Part shown: positions 1-14,779 of the stretch, piece by piece
Layout of the letters: each line of letters starts with the position of its first letter
Numbering within the stretch: the stretch's first letter is position 1
From: Mobula hypostoma
Taxonomy: Eukaryota
Assembly: GCF_963921235.1 (NCBI RefSeq)
Contig: NC_086097.1
Coordinates: forward strand, 108,440,001 to 108,504,000
DNA: 64,000 nucleotides
Direction of reading: 5' to 3'
Notes under the pieces: generated by a model
Seen by the model: the letters and a program-made list of their open reading frames with translations, nothing else
The model's database searches: none
What the model was told of the DNA's origin: nothing
Program-made: the position numbers and the translations under genes

Positions 1-559
1 TAGCAGCAGGAAGCTGGCAAAAAGGAAGTACAAGAGCCTTAATTTGCTATGACATGCATTCCGGAAGTCCTTCAATGACTTTGTGATTGCAGTTGCTGTC
101 AGCGTGTGTTTTTGTTTCTAAATTATAACATAGAGAAATTGATGGTTCTTGTTAAAGGGGTAGTGACATAAAATTAAATGGAGCAAGTTGTGATGTGTTA
201 TAAATACCTTTTGGCCACCCTTTAGATCTTATTTGTACTATAGAAATAAAAAACCTTTTAATTTTTGTGGACTAATCATCAGGCAAATGCATCTCTGGCA
301 GAAATTCAGGAAAGGGTGTGATGTCTTGCTTTTAGGAAATAGTGTCAGTGTTCAAAGCTTAAAGTAAATTTATTATCAAAGTACGTATATGTTACTATAT
401 ATATCCAGAGATTCATTTTCAAGGTTCAAGATTTAATGTCATTTTTAATGTCATTTTCAGTACGCAAGTGTAAAGAAATAATTGTTAGCTCCAGATCTGA
501 TGCAGCATAAAAAAAAACACATAAGATAAAGAACACAGTAATAAAAAAACACATTAAAA

Positions 560-1165
560 AGGTGTATCCTCAAGAAGAGTTTCAATGCTCATCCACCTAA
601 CCTGGGTGCGAGGTTGGATTGCTCAAAGCGCCAAGCCTATTTGGGGAGATCGAGAACAGCCTGGGACTGTGTGGTCTGGGTATGTCGCTGTGCCGGGTCC
701 AGGTTCTAGACCAAGGCACTACTCAGTGCTTGGACAATTTAAAAGGCCGTCCCAGATAGATTGGAAAGCCTGTGTGTGGAAGCGCGGGTCGGGCTGACTT
801 TGCTCGTTCTCCCGCAATGTTCATTCTTCACTGTGGTGGCTGTCATCTCTGTGAGGTTTACGGCGTTTTTGCCCACTAATATGATGAACTGAGATTGAGG
901 CTTGGGCCTACTACACCGGCTGCTCCAGAGAGTGGATCCAAGGACTCAATCTGGTTCAGAGTGCTGCCATTTGCTCCCATTGTTGGCATGATGTGTCTTT
1001 TGCTTTTTCCTTTTTCTGCACAGTAATTATGTTCTTTCTTTTTTTTTAATTGGATATTTCAGGTTTCTTTCTTTGTGGCTACCTGTAAGCAAACAAATCT
1101 CAAGGTGTATAATTTATACATTCTTTATAATAAATGTACTTTGAGTTGATTTGATTTGATTTGAA
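560..1165 (+). repeat. Non-autonomous retroposon with a LINE-like 3' tail ending in (tgatt)n, followed by a decayed Penelope terminal-repeat remnant (about 1165-1252)
   Basis: Tail ...aataaatgtactttgagttgatttgatttg resembles tails seen repeatedly in the window. Following sequence resembles the Penelope terminal repeat. Confidence 0.5.
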
Positions 1166-1926
1166 GAAACGTCTCAGCCCAAAAGGTCGATTGTTTATTC
1201 ACATCCATAGATACTGCCTGATCTGCTGAATTCCTTCTGCATTTTGTGTGTTACATTAAAATATAAGTACATAAGATAGCTTATATACCTAGATGGTCTG
1301 GCCACAAAGTGGCGCGAGGTACACGAGTGTCTGCGTGTGAAGTGACTCTGACAGGAAATGACAAAGCAGTGTTAAAATATGATAAACTGGAAACTGTTGT
1401 TTTGCAGGCATTCACAGTGGAACAAAGGCATAGACTAGAATCAATGAAAAACTACACACAGACTGACAAACAACCAATAACCAAAAGGAGACAAACTGTG
1501 CAAATACAAAATAAACAAACAATCATAAATAAATCCATACATAAATACTACTGAGAACATGAGTTGTAGAGTCCATGAAAGTGAGGCCATAGGTTGTGGA
1601 GTCAGTTCAGAGTTGAGGTGAGTGAAGTTATCCACTCTGGTTCAGGAGCCTGATGGTTGAAGTGTAAAGAAAGGGTGTATCTTTGGGTCTCTTTTACTTC
1701 AATTGCAACGACAATTTCATGCATAACTTAGCAAAAGATTGCAGGGTACTTTGCAAGAGTATATCCAACAGAATTTGACACTATATCACATGAAAGCATC
1801 GGGGCAGGTATTTAGAATGTTGTTCGAAGCAGTAGCTTTTAAGAAGTGTCAAAGGAGAAGAGAGAGGAAATGAGGCAAATGAATTTCAGGGCAGAAATCC
1901 AGAACCTTTGCAAAGATTGCAGTGTA

Positions 1927-4900
1927 TAGATGGAGAGTTAATTCAACATTATTAAAACGTCAAGATTTTTGTGATTTTTTGTAAAAACAGATCCAGTTTT
2001 TTTTGGAGACAAACTCTCATTCAGTGGATGATAAATTTATACTATGGGATGCGATGAAAGCATATTTGAGGGGTCAGATAATAAGTTATACATCTAAAAT
2101 TAAGAAAGAATATATGGCAGAACTAGATCAATTGGAAAAAGATTACAAAATTAGAAAAAGAACCTCAAAGACATACGACAAAAGAAAAACGAAGACAACT
2201 TGTCAATAAGAAGTTACAATATAATACGCTTCAGACATATAGAATGGAAAAAGCAATCATGAGAATTAAGCAAAGGTATTATGAGTTAGGTGAGAAAGCA
2301 CACAAAATTCTTGCTTGGTAGTTGAAAACAGAACAGGCTTCCAAAACGATAAATGCAATTAGAACAAGTGCAAATAAAATTACTTATAAACCTTTAGAAA
2401 TTAATGAAACCTTCAAAAGTTTCTATTCTGAATTATATCAGTCGGGATCACAAAATGATGTTAATGAGATAGAAAGGTTTTTATCACAAGTAACTTTCAA
2501 AATTGAATTCGGAAGAACAGAAGGGATTAGATATGCCTTTTACATTAGAAGTGGTTGAAGAAGCTTTAGGATCACTTCAAAGTAATAAATCTCCAGGAGA
2601 GGATGGTTTTCCACCTGAATTTTATAAAAAGTTTAAAGATTTATTATTTCCTCCTTTTATAGAGTTAATACGTCAAGCGGAAAAAATACATAAACTCCCA
2701 GAATCTTTCTCAACAGCGATTCTAATAGTATTGCAAAAAAAGATAGAGATCCTTTAAAACCAGCATCATATAGGCCTATTTCTTTGTTTAACACGGATTA
2801 TAAAATAATAGCAAAAATTTTATTGAATAGATTATCTAAATATTTACCAAAATTAATACATATGGATCAAACAGGATTTATTAAAAATAGACAATTGGCA
2901 GATAATGTAACTCAGCTACTCAGTATAATTCATTTGGCACAAAAAAGAGAGGAGATGAGTATAGTAGTAGCCTTGGATGCAGAAAAAGCATTTGATAGAT
3001 TGGAATGGGATTTTTTATTTAAAGTATTAGAAAAATATGGGTTAGGAACACCTTTTATAAACTGGATTAAAATTTTAAACACTAACCCTAATGTTAAAGT
3101 AGTGACAAATAGTCAAATTTCAACACCATTCCAGTTAAAAAGGTCAACTAGACAAGGTTGCCCATTATCACCTGCTTTATTTGTGTTAGTTTAGAACCAT
3201 TAGCAGAACTAATTAGAATTGATTCAGATATTAAGGGTTTTAGTGTTAATCAGGAAGAATATAAAATTAATCTATTTGCTGATGATGTTTTGATTTACTT
3301 AACAAACCCACAGCATTCGTTACGTAAATTATAGATTGGATGAATATGGCAAAGTATCAGGGTATAAAATAAATTGGGATAAGAGTGAAATTTTACCTCT
3401 TACTAAAGGAGACTATAGCCAATGTCGATTAGTAACCCAGTTTAGATGGCCAGTAAATGGTATGAAATACTTAGGTATAAGACTTGATAATGATGTAAAG
3501 GATTTAGATAAATTTAATTATTTACCACTATTGAAAAAAATTCAAGAAGATCTTGACAAATGGATGATACCACCAATAACATTAGTGGGTAGAGTCAATG
3601 TTGAAAAGATGAATATATTTCCTAGATTACAGTATTTGTTTCAAACATGACCAATACAATTGCCACAGAAAATTTTTCAAGAGTTAAATAAATGTGTGAG
3701 AAAATTTCTTTGGAAAGGTAAGATGTCAAGAATATCATTGGAAAAATTGACATGGAAATTTGAGTTAGGAGGGTTACAACGTCCAAACTTTAAGAATTAT
3801 TATGAAGCAAATCAACTTAGATTTATTGCATCTTTCTTTGACGAACAAAAACCAGCATGGATTAGAATAGAATTAGATAAGGTAGGAGAAAATACACCCG
3901 AAGATTTTATATATAAATGGGAATTTAAATAGATACGGGAAAAGAAAGAATCTCCTATATTAAAACATTTGATTGATCTATGGAATAAGATAAACGTTGA
4001 TAATGAAATAAAGAAATCTTTATTAGCAAGGAAACCTTTGATTTAAAACAGACTTATTCCCTTTACAGTGGATAATCAACTTTTATATAATTGGTGCCAA
4101 AAAGGGATTCGATCTATAGGAGACGGTTATGAACGAGGTATATTGATGTCATTTGAACAATTAATGAATAAATATAAAATATCAAATAACACTTTCTTTT
4201 GTTACCTTCAATTAAGGGCTTATTTAAAAGACAAACTGGGTCAAACAATGTTTTTGCCAAAACCCAATGAAATTGAAATTTTAATTCAAAAAGGAAAATT
4301 TAAAAAATTTATCTCTTGTGTATAATTTGATTCAAAAACAGACAATTAAACAAGGGATCCGCAAGTTAAAACAAAAGTGGGAAACAGATCTGAATATTAA
4401 TATTAATGAAACAAATTGGTCAAGACTATGTCTTGACAGTATGACAAATACAATAAACGTTTGACTTAGATTAGTACAATATAATTTTTCACACCAATTA
4501 TATATTACACCGCAAAAAATAAATAGATTAAATTCAAACTTATCTGATCAATGCCTTCCGTGTAATCAAGAAATTGGTGCTTTCTTACATTCTATTTGGT
4601 CTTGTTCCAAAATTCAACCTTTTTGGTTAAATTTAAGAGTTTTATTGGAACAAATTACTGGAACTCAACTTCCACGTAACCCTATATTATTTCTATTAGG
4701 TGATATTGAAGGGATAAAACCAAAACTTAAACTGAATAATAGCAGTTACTTGGAAATCAGATTCGTATTTAAGTATGGATCGTTGGAATAATGAAATTTC
4801 TAGTTGTATTCCACTCGAAAAAATTACTTATAATTTAAGAGATAAATGTGATACATTTTTGAATATTTGGCACCCATATTTACAAAAGATAGAATGGCAT

Positions 4901-5079
4901 ATTTAGTTGCTCCGATGATAAAGATGTTGGTCCCTTGGGGAAAGTAATAAATAAATATACTAAATTTATTTTGAATCCCATGGAGCATGTGGAAACCTAT
5001 CGGGGGGGGGAGGGGGAGGGTAGATATTATCATTCTATGTAATCATTTAGAAAATTCAATAAAATTATATTTAAAAAAC
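1927..5079 (+). mobile_element. 5'-truncated, decayed L1-clade LINE (ORF2: post-endonuclease region, RT, C-terminal Cys/His motif)
   Basis: Motifs RWRVNSTLL, KSPGEDGFPPEFYK, DAEKAFDR, RQGCPLSP, LFADD, KYLGI, CxxC..HSIWSC across frameshifts and stops. AATAAA at 5058 plus a short A tail. 13-bp TSD agattgcagtgta at 1914-1926 and 5080-5092. Confidence 0.93.
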
Positions 5080-5314
5080 AGATTGCAGTGTAGGAGATGT
5101 TGCTTTGATTGTGTGCTTGGCCATCACTGAGCCTGTGATCAGTAGAAGATGCCGTTTTTGTCCATCAATGTACCAATACTTTTACGCCTCAGCCCATTAG
5201 AGCAGACTACTTCACTCACCATGGCACTGGGCAATCTGGGCCAGTGCTGCACTTAGATGTCTTTCAAGGATGTCCTTCATCTGTTTCACAGCAAGTGCAC
5301 AATTGCCCAGCAGT

Positions 5315-8300
5315 GAGTGGTATGGTAGCATTGCAGTTAGCGCAGTCATTGTACAGCACCGGTGATCACTGATCAGGAAGTGAGAATGTTAGTGGAGAGT
5401 ACCCCTGTGGCCATCCCCCTCATCAATAAGTACTCCATTTTGAGTACTGTTGGGGTGGATGACCTACCTGAAGTAAGCAACAGCAGCCATGCCTCTGGCC
5501 CCTGTGTCTCGGAAGGGTAGAGAACTGAAGAGAATGGCAGCAGTTATAGGGGACACTATAGTTAGGGGGACAGATAGGCAATTCTGTGGACACTAAAAGG
5601 AAACACAGATGGTAGTTTGCTTCCCAGGTGCCAGGGTCCGAGATGTTTCTGGATACGTCCACAATATCCTGAAAAGGGAGGGTGAACAGCAAGAAGTCGT
5701 GGTACATTTTAGTACTAATGACAAAGGAAGAATAAGGGAGGAGGTCCTGAAAAAAAAAATATAGGAAGGAAGCTGAGAAGCAGGACCTCAAAGGTAGTAA
5801 TCTCGGGATTACTGCCTGTGTCATGCGACAGTGAGTATAGGAATAGGATAAGGTGATAGATAAATGTGTGGTTGAAGAATTGGAGCAGGAGGCAGAGAGT
5901 CAGATTTCTGGATAATTAGGACCTCTTCTGGGGCAGGTGGGACCTGTACAAAAGGGTGAGTTGGGAGCGGTTTAAACTAATATGACAGAGGGATGGGAAC
6001 GAAGATGATAGAGCTGAGGATGAGCCAGCAGGTTTACAAGTAGAAGATAGGTGTAACATGAATGTAAGGAAGGACAAGCCAATGATTTGGGTACAAATGC
6101 AGCCAGAGCAAAGTGTTAAATTGTACCACAGAAGCAAAATTCAAAAGGGTGAAAAATGCAGGACTGAAGGTGGTGTATTTAAATGTGTTTAGCATTCAGA
6201 ATGAGGTGGATGAACTTGTGATACGATTAGAGATTGGTCAGTATGACGTTATGGGCATCACTGAGTTGTGGCTGAAAGGTCATAGTTGGGAGTTTAACAT
6301 CAAAGGATATACTATGTATCGAAAGGACAGGCAGGAAGGCATAGGCAGTGGTGTGGCTCTGTTGGTAAGAAATGGAATTACATCTTTTAGAAGGAGGTGA
6401 CGAAGGGTCAGAAATGCTGAATCTTTGTGGGTGGAGTTAAATTGTAAGGGTAAAAAAGCCATTATGGGAATCATATATAGGCCTCCAAATAGTAGCCAAG
6501 ATGTGGGGTTGAGATTGCAAAGGGAGCTGGGAAAGACATGTAATAAGAGTAATGACACAATTGTAATGGGAGACTTCAATATACAAGGGGATTGGGAAAA
6601 TCAGGTTGGTGTTGGATTGCGAGAGATGGAATTTGTTGTATGCCTATGAGGTGGCTTTTTAGAGTAGCTTGTGCTTACTCAGGGAAAAGGCTATTTTAGA
6701 TTGGGTGTTGTATAATAACCTAGATCTTATTAGGGAGCTTAAGGTAAAGGAATCATGAGGAAACAGTGATCATAATATGATTGAATTCATACTGCAATTT
6801 GAGAGGGAGAAGCATAATTCACGTGTATCTGTATCGCCGTGAAATAAAGGGAATTACAGAAGCATGAGAGAGGAGATTGCTCAGGTGGAGGAGGATACTG
6901 GCGGGGATGACAGCTGAAGTTCTGGGAACAGTCCACAAGGCACAGGATAGACATGTCCCACAGAGGAAGAAGTTCTCAAATGGCAGGGGTAGGCAACCAT
7001 GGCTGACAAAGGAAGTTAAGGACTGCATAAAAGCTAAGGGAAGAGCAGACATATAGCAAAAGTGAGTGGGAAGTTGGATGATTGGGAAGCATTGAAAATC
7101 CAACAGAAGGCAACTAAAAAAATGTAAGAAGAGAAAAGATGAAATATGAGGGCAGACTAGCCAATATATAAAGCAGGATACCAAAAGTCTTTTCAGTTAT
7201 ATAAAGAGTAAAAGGGAGGTGAGAGTTGATACTGTACCACTGGGAAATGATGCTGGTGAGGTGGTAATGGGTGACAAGGAACTGGCAGATAAATTTAATT
7301 GGTACTTTGCATCTGTCTTCACTGTGGAAGATACTACACTGTGTGAATCCATGAGTATCAGGGAGCAGGAGTGAGTGCCATTGCTATTACAAAGGAAAAA
7401 GTACTAGGCAAACTCAAAGGTGTTAAGGTGGATGTCACCTGGGCCAGATGGACGACATCCCAGAGTCTTGAGGGAGGTCGCTGAAGAGGTAACGAATGCA
7501 CTGATCATGATATTTCAAGAATCACTTGATTCTGGCATGGTGCCAGAGGACTGGAAGTTTGCAAATGTCACTCCACTCTTTAAGAAGGGAGGAAGACAAA
7601 AGAAAGGAAATTATAGGCCAGTTAGCCTAACTACAGTGGTTGGGAAAGTGTTGGAGTCTATTATTAAGGATGAGGTTTCAAGGTACTTGGAGACTAATGA
7701 TACAATAAGCATGGTTTCTGTAAAGGAAAATCTTGCCTGACAGATCTGTTAGAGTTATTTGAGGAAGTAACAAGCAGGGTGGACAAAAGAGAGGTAGTGG
7801 ATGTCATTTACTTAGATTTTCAGAAGGTATTTGATGCCACACATGCAGTTGCTTAACAAGACGAAATCTAATGGCATTACTGGAAAGATACAGGCATGGA
7901 TAGAAGAGTACCTAACAGGCAGGAGGCAGCAGCGAGTGGGAATAAAAGGGGCCTTTTGTGTTTGGCTGCCGGTGACCAGTGGTATTCCTCAGGGGTCAGT
8001 GTTGGGACCACTGCTTTTCGCATTGCTTATTAATGATTTAGATAATGGAAGTGATTGTTTTGTGGTAAAGAATGCAGATGGTACCAAGATAGGTGGTGGA
8101 GTTGGTAGTGCTGAGGAAGCAATGCGATTGCAGCAGGACTTGGACAAGTTGGAATAATGGGCAAAAAAGTGGCAGATGGAATACAGTGTTGGGAAATGTA
8201 TGATAACGCATTTTGGTAAAAGAAACAATAGTGTGGACTATTATCTGAATGAGGAGAAGGTTCAAATAGGAGGTGCAGAGGTACTTGGGAGTCCTTGTGC

Positions 8301-9275
8301 ACGACTCCAGAAGGTTAATTTGCAGGCTGAGTCTGTGGTAAAGAAGACAAATGCAATGTTGGCATTTATTTGAAGGGGAATAAAATATGAAATCAAGGAG
8401 ATAATGCTGAGCCTTTATAAGACAGTAATCAGGCCACATATAGAGTATTGTCATCAGTTTTTTGCTCCATATCTCAAAAAGGATGTGTTGTCTTTGGAGA
8501 GAGTCTAGAGGAGGTTCATGAGGATGATTCCAGGAATGAAGGGGTTAACGTATAAGTAGCGTTTGGCAGCTTTGGGCTTGACCTCACTCGAATATAGAAG
8601 AATGTGTGGAGATCTCATTGAAACCTACTGAATGTTGAAAGAACTAGATACTGTGGATGTGGAGAGGATGTCCATATGGTGAGGTATCCAGAACTAGAGG
8701 ACACAGCCTCAAAATTGAAGGGCGGCCCTTTAGAACAGAGGTAAGGAGGAATTTTTTTAAATCAGAGAGTAGTAAGACTGTGGAATGCTTTGCCTCAGAC
8801 TGAGGTGGATACCAAGTGTCTGGGTATATTTAAGGCAGAAGTTGATCGTTTCCTGATTGATCAGGGCATCAGAGGATATGGTGAGAAGGCAGGCATATGG
8901 GGTTGGGTGGGATCCAGGATCAGCCATGACAGAATGGTGGAGCAGACTCGATGGACTGAATAGCTTAATTCTGCTCCTATGTCTTATAGTCTTGTGGATT
9001 CCTGGTGCTGCCTCTAAGGAATTTGTACGTCCTCCCCATGACCACATGGGTTTCCTTCGGATGCTCCAGTTTCCACACGCATTCCAAAGACATTTGGTTG
9101 GAGTTGGGTTTAGTGACTTGTGGGCATGTTACATTGGCTGGAAGCATGGCGACACTTGGCGGGCTGTCCTTGGCTCAGTCCTGGCTGATTTGATTTAATG
9201 CAAATGATGCACTTCACTATGTTTCGAAGTTGTGATGCACATGTGACAATTAAAGCTAATCTTTAATCTTTTTAA
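5315..9275 (+). mobile_element. tRNA-derived SINE (HE1/V-SINE-like) split by a CR1 insertion
   Basis: Head tggtagcattgcagttagcgcag at about 5323. Body resumes at about 8998 with tttgtacgtcctcccc..tgggtttcc..gctccagtttcc..ccaaagac. Tail aaagctaatctttaatctt. Confidence 0.6.
5378..8996 (+). mobile_element. Decayed CR1-clade LINE: ORF1 esterase remnant, ORF2 endonuclease and RT, 3' UTR
   Basis: ORF1-like GDTIVRG/CFPGARV. Endonuclease YLNVFSI, GITELW, IYRPP, MGDFN. RT SPGPDG, NYRPVSLT, GIPQGSVLGP. Tail cctatgtcttatagtctt. Confidence 0.92.
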
Positions 9276-9374
9276 CCTTCAGTTTGGAAAAGCCACTGGA
9301 AAAGCTCTGCATAGACTTATTAGGGTAGGCAAAGGTGTGCAGAAGTTGGGTAGTAAACAAAGCAAACAAATTGA

Positions 9375-9990
9375 GTTCAAAGTAAATTTTAGTATCAACG
9401 TACATATATGTCACTGTATACAACCCTGAGATTCATTTTCCTGTGGGCATAGTCAGCAAATCGATAGAATAGTAATTATAACAGGATCAATGAAAAATCA
9501 ACCAGAGTGCAGAAGACAACAAGCTGTGGAAATGCAAATATAAATAAATAGCAATAAATAATAAGAACATGAGATGAAGGGATAAAGAGTCCTTATAGTG
9601 AGATTATTGGTTGTGGGATCATCTCAATGGATGGGCAATTGAGTGTAGTTGTCCCCTTTTGTTCAAGAGCCTGATGGTTGTGGGGTAGTAACTGTTCTTG
9701 AACCTGGTGGTGTGAATCCTAAGGCTCTTGTACCTTTTATCTGATGGCAGCAGTGAGAAGAGAGCATGGCCTGGGTGGTGGGAATCTCTGATGATGGATG
9801 CTGCTTTTCTACGAAAGCGTTTCATGTAAATGTGCTCAGTGGTTAGGAAGGCTTTACTCGTGATTTACTGGGCGGAATCCACTACCTTTTGTAGGATTTT
9901 CCATTCAAAGTTTCCATACCAGGCCATGATGCAGCCAGTCAATACACTGTCCACTAGACATCTACAGAAGTTTATCAAAGTCTTGGTCTG
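9375..9990 (-). mobile_element. Rex1/Babar-type LINE 3' fragment
   Basis: HPGHALFSLLPSDKRYKSLRIHTTRFKNSYYPTTIRLLN and SVLTGCIMAWYGN motifs. Confidence 0.8.
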
Positions 9991-10394
9991 GGTTGGGTGT
10001 ATAGAGTGTTTGGCATGTTGATTTGTTTGATTCTGGCTTTCATCGTTCATGCAGAATGATTGATAGTTTTAGAGAAATGTGTCACCACAGAGATTTGGGT
10101 TTTTCTTTCTGTTATCACTTTTTGCTTGGTGTTTCCGGGAGCTCAGCAACTGTTGCTTATCCCTAATCATCGTTGTGAATGCTGTGTCACCAGCCTGCAG
10201 TGCTTGTAGTCACCATTGTCTGACAGTATTACATGGCAGCTGCAGAATAATGAATGAGTGAGCACACAGGAGAGAGAAATACATTTCTAAGTGATGATGT
10301 TTAGTATTTCTAGCAGACGTGGCTTGTGATGGGGAGGAAGGTTTGATGCTTTGCTGCCATCTATTTGTTGCAAAGTACGCTACAACCTATTTGT

Positions 10395-10852
10395 TACAAA
10401 GATGTGCTGGCGTTGGTTAGGGTCCAGAGAAGGTTCATGAGAATGATCCCAGGAGTGAACGGGTTAACCTATGAGGAGTGTTTGATGGCTCTGGGCCTGT
10501 ATTCACTGGAGTTTAGAAGAATGAGAGGGTTCTCATTAAAACCTATTGGATATTGAAAGGCCTAGATAGAGTGGATGTGGAGAGAATGTTTCCTATAGTG
10601 GGGGAGTCTAGGACCAGAGGGTGATGAATCTGTGGAATTCATTAGCTCAGACAGCTGTGGGAGGCCAAGTTATTGGGTATATTTAAAATGGAGGAGATTG
10701 ATAGGTTCTTGATTAGTTTGGGTGTACAGGATTATGAAGAGAGAGCAGGAGAATGGGGTTGAGGGGGATAATAAATCAACGATGTTGGAATGGCGGAGCT
10801 GACTCGATGGGATGAATGGCCTGATTCTGCTTCTATGTCTTATGGTCTTATA
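10395..10852 (+). mobile_element. CR1 LINE 3' fragment
   Basis: RVQRRFMRMIPG..LGLYSLEFRRMRG; same 3' tail as the 5378-8996 copy. Confidence 0.85.
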
Positions 10853-11989
10853 TTCTGCAGATGTTTTATAATTTATGGACTGTGATTAGGCCCGGTTGAC
10901 TCCTGGAGAGTCAGTGGAAGGGAATGCATTGTTCTGAATAAGGTATAACATTCTTCTGGGCCTTGGAAGCTGCTAAGGATTCCCCTTAGATTGAAGACAT
11001 GCCTTGTCCATAGTAGAATAGCTTCTTGAAATAAGGTCAAATAGGATTTTCAAGATGATACTTTCAGGGAACTGACCAATGAACCATTCAATGTCAGGGG
11101 AACGAAAGAGGTTTCTATCTAGTTCTGTTGATCATTGTTAGGCAGTACTGTAGATCAGTGCCATCCTGCCACTTGTCTTTCCCCTTCTAATATGCAAGGA
11201 TTTGTTTTACTTGGCCGTGTGTATCATGAGCTGGAAGACTAAGAATCTCTCAGCCAGGATAACCTGGGAGCTATGTAGTTCAAAGGGATTATGAAGAAAA
11301 CTAGCAGTCACTAGATGGGAGGGGTACGGAGGGCCATCATCCAGGTGGAGGTCAGTGGGATTAGGAAGAGTAATAGTTTGGCATGGACTAGATGCACCAA
11401 AAGGCCCGTTTTTGCACAGAAACAGGCCTTTCAGCCCATCTAGTCCGTGAGAAACTATGACTGTGTAGGTCAGAGTTCTATGACTCTGTTCATGACTCTT
11501 TGCAGGTCAGAATTCAGCACCAACATGATGTTGTGAAAGGTGAGGATTGTTAGGTTGCAGGATTTAGTCAAGAAGAGAAAGGAACAATATATAAAGTTTA
11601 GGAAGCTGAAATTGGACATGGCCTTTGAGGAAGCAGGAGAGAACTAGAGAACTCTTTACCTGGCGGTTTTTTTTTTGACATCTGTGTTTCCCAGGCTCAT
11701 TCTCTCGATGGGGGGGCCTGCCACCAGTGGATTGGTCAGGGTCTCCCTGACCCATGTGGTCAACTGAAGCCCTACATGGATTTGATAGTAGACAAAGCCC
11801 TGCCCTCAGGCATACTATCTGCTGAAGTATCAGATGGCCACGAGAAGCATCTGCAGAGCTACTGGAAGTGGATTGCATGGGAGTACTTATCTCTCCAGAG
11901 AAGATGGCTTTCTTACTCTGCTGACCTGGCAATCCAGATACTGTGATTCCATGCCGACTGACCACTGTGCCCACCTAGCTGATCTGTTA

Positions 11990-12800
11990 CTTCCATGCGG
12001 TGCTTACCTCTCCAAACCCCTCCCCTCCACGTTCCTATCCAAGAGCTTCTTAAATAATACTATTGTTACCTGTCTCAACCACTTCCTCTGGCAGCTCATT
12101 CTATAAACATACCATCCTCTGTGTGGAAGAAGTTGCCCCTCAAGTCAGTTTTAAATCTTTCCCCTCTCACCTTTCTAGTTTTGGGCTCCCCTAACCTGGG
12201 GAAAAGACTGTTAACATCCATCTGGTATTGTATAATCCTCTCACAATTTTCAACACCTTCACTCTACTCTGTTCTGAAGAATAAAGGCCTAGCTCAGCAA
12301 ATCTCGCACTATAACCCAGGCCCTCTAGTCCTGGCAATATCCCTATGAATCTTTTCGGCACTGTTTCCTGTTTGATCACGCTTTCCTATAACAGGGTGAC
12401 CAAAACTGTACACAGTACTCCAAGTGTGACCTCATCAACCACTTATACACTGCATTATAATATCCCAACTCCTACACCCAGTACTCTGACTGATGAAAAC
12501 CAGTGTTCTAAACCACTCTGTTTATCTGTGACGCTGCTTTCAACAAACTTTGCACTTGTACTCCAAGGTCCTTCTGTTGCATTGCACTCCATTGTTCCCT
12601 ACCATTCATAGTACTTTCCAGAATGCATCACCTCACACTTACTGGTATTGAAATCCACTTCCCTAGTTGATCAAGATCCCCCTGTAATCTGCAATAATCT
12701 TCTTCACTATCAATAACACCTCCTAATTTGCTGTTACCTGCATACTTACCAATCAATCCTTGTTGAAGCCTTATCAAAAGGTAAAGCCAGACCCCATCCA
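11990..12800 (-). mobile_element. Decayed CR1 LINE 3' fragment
   Basis: KRFIGILPGLEGLGYSARFAELGLYS on the minus strand. Confidence 0.75.
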
Positions 12801-14779
12801 CCAGTACTACTCTCCAATAAGTTGAATTTTTTTCTTTAATTTATCATCATTCACTTTGCTTCCTTCGAGTGAATGATAATGATCTGGTTCCTAGCTTGCC
12901 CCTTTTTATCATAGCCTTGTTTGACCACAACTCATGAGTTAACCATCCCCATGAAATACCTGCCTTTCCTTCTCTCCTCATAGCAACTAAATACACAACA
13001 GATCAGATGGATTACCTTTATTTGTCACGTGCATTGAAACATGCAATGAAATGTTTTATTTGCATCAACAACCAACACAGTCTGAGCTTTGACAAGTGTT
13101 ACCGTGCTACCATACCCACAACTCCCCAGCCCTAACTCTAACCAAGGAAACCGTAACACTTAGAGGAAGCCCACGCCATCATGGGAAGAACATACACACT
13201 CCTTACAGACGGGGTGGCAATTGAATGATGATTGGTGACTCCTCCCAGATCCCCCTAGTTTTGGGCTCCCCTAACCTGCAACAGATACTGTTACCATCCA
13301 GCTTTTATAATCCTCTCACAATTTGAAATACTTCTGTAAAGTCTTCCCACACTTACTACACCACCATGTCACTCTATTAATTATAATAGTATTATTTTCT
13401 TGTACTTGATTCAATGGTGCTCACAACCTGTAATGCCGTCTCTTACACTGTGAAGTCCAAAGTTAGATTTGTTGACTGTATAGAAATTTTCATCCAATTA
13501 GTTTCCAAATATAGTCAATTGTCACTCCAATTCTCTGCCCCATTTGCAGACTACTATCACATTTATTGTGCATAAATGAAGCTCAAAGCACGAGGGGTGG
13601 CACACTACCTCTTTGACTTGGTTCCTTATCTGCTTTTGCCTTGCACCATCATTCCAAGTTGTCACTTCATCTCTCCCTATTTTTGCCTCATCACAGACCT
13701 TGTATTTTTCTTCTTTTCTGCACAGTTCTCATGAAAGGAGGCCAACCTGAGTCTTTCAACTGCATCTCCCTCCACAGATGTTGCATGTTTAGATGTTCCC
13801 AGGTTAAAGGCCAGCATTTGTGTTTACATTGATAATTGTGTAAGAAAATGATCTGTTCTTTGATTCTCATAGATGCCCATAAGATAAGCAGATGCTTGTG
13901 ATGTGAATTGACAGTTATTGAGATAGTTGTTACAAATTATATTCTTTAGGATCTTGAACTATTGCTTTCATCCTTTTTTAGAGTCTTAGAACACAACAGC
14001 ACAGAAACATCTTCAGTCATCTAGTCTGTGCCAAACTATTATTCTGCCTAGTTCCATTGGATTGCACCTGGACCATAGGCCTCCATGCCCCTCTATCCAT
14101 GTTTTACCCAAACTACTCTTAAATGTTGAAATTGAACCCTCATCCAGCACCTCCACAGCTCACTCCACATTCCCATTACTCTCCGAGTGAAGAAATTCCC
14201 CCTTGTGTTCCAATTTTACCCTTAACCCATGACCTTTAACTCTAGTATCACTCAACTTTAGTGTAAAAGACCTGCTTGCATTTACTGTACCTATACCCTT
14301 CATAATTTTAGTATAGCTAGACTTGTAAACTTACCTGCAGCATTTCTTGAAGTCAAGCATTCTGAGATCCTCAATTTTCACCCCTCTACCATCCAGATGG
14401 GTGGAGATCTCACTGTTCCATTCTGTTGATAATCTGATGACCCAAATCTCTTTGCCTCGATAGCATGGACACCACACAGCAGTAGTTACTGTTGATGCTC
14501 ATGGTCTTATGATGTAAAATCAGATGCTCATACTCTTGTGATATAAAGATAGATTTCTTATGATATAAAGACAGTTTATATCATAAGAATGCAGTAATAA
14601 AATCTGTGCAATGCAAAAACAGTTTCTAAGTGGAGACGTTGTAGTGCACATTGGTTGTGGTGCAAACTTTGAATGGTCAGCATGCCATTTTAACTAGGAG
14701 AGCAAGTGACATGTTGTTTGTTTTTCAGGCAGCTTGAGCTGACTCACGTCAGTACCATGCTCCAGCAAGCAAACAAATT

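Noticed and set aside
1..70. Possible 5' end of a minus-strand retroelement (gacttccgg...)
   Set aside because: Cut by the window edge; too short to support
5315..5375. tRNA-like box A sequence
   Set aside because: Decayed SINE head, not a tRNA gene
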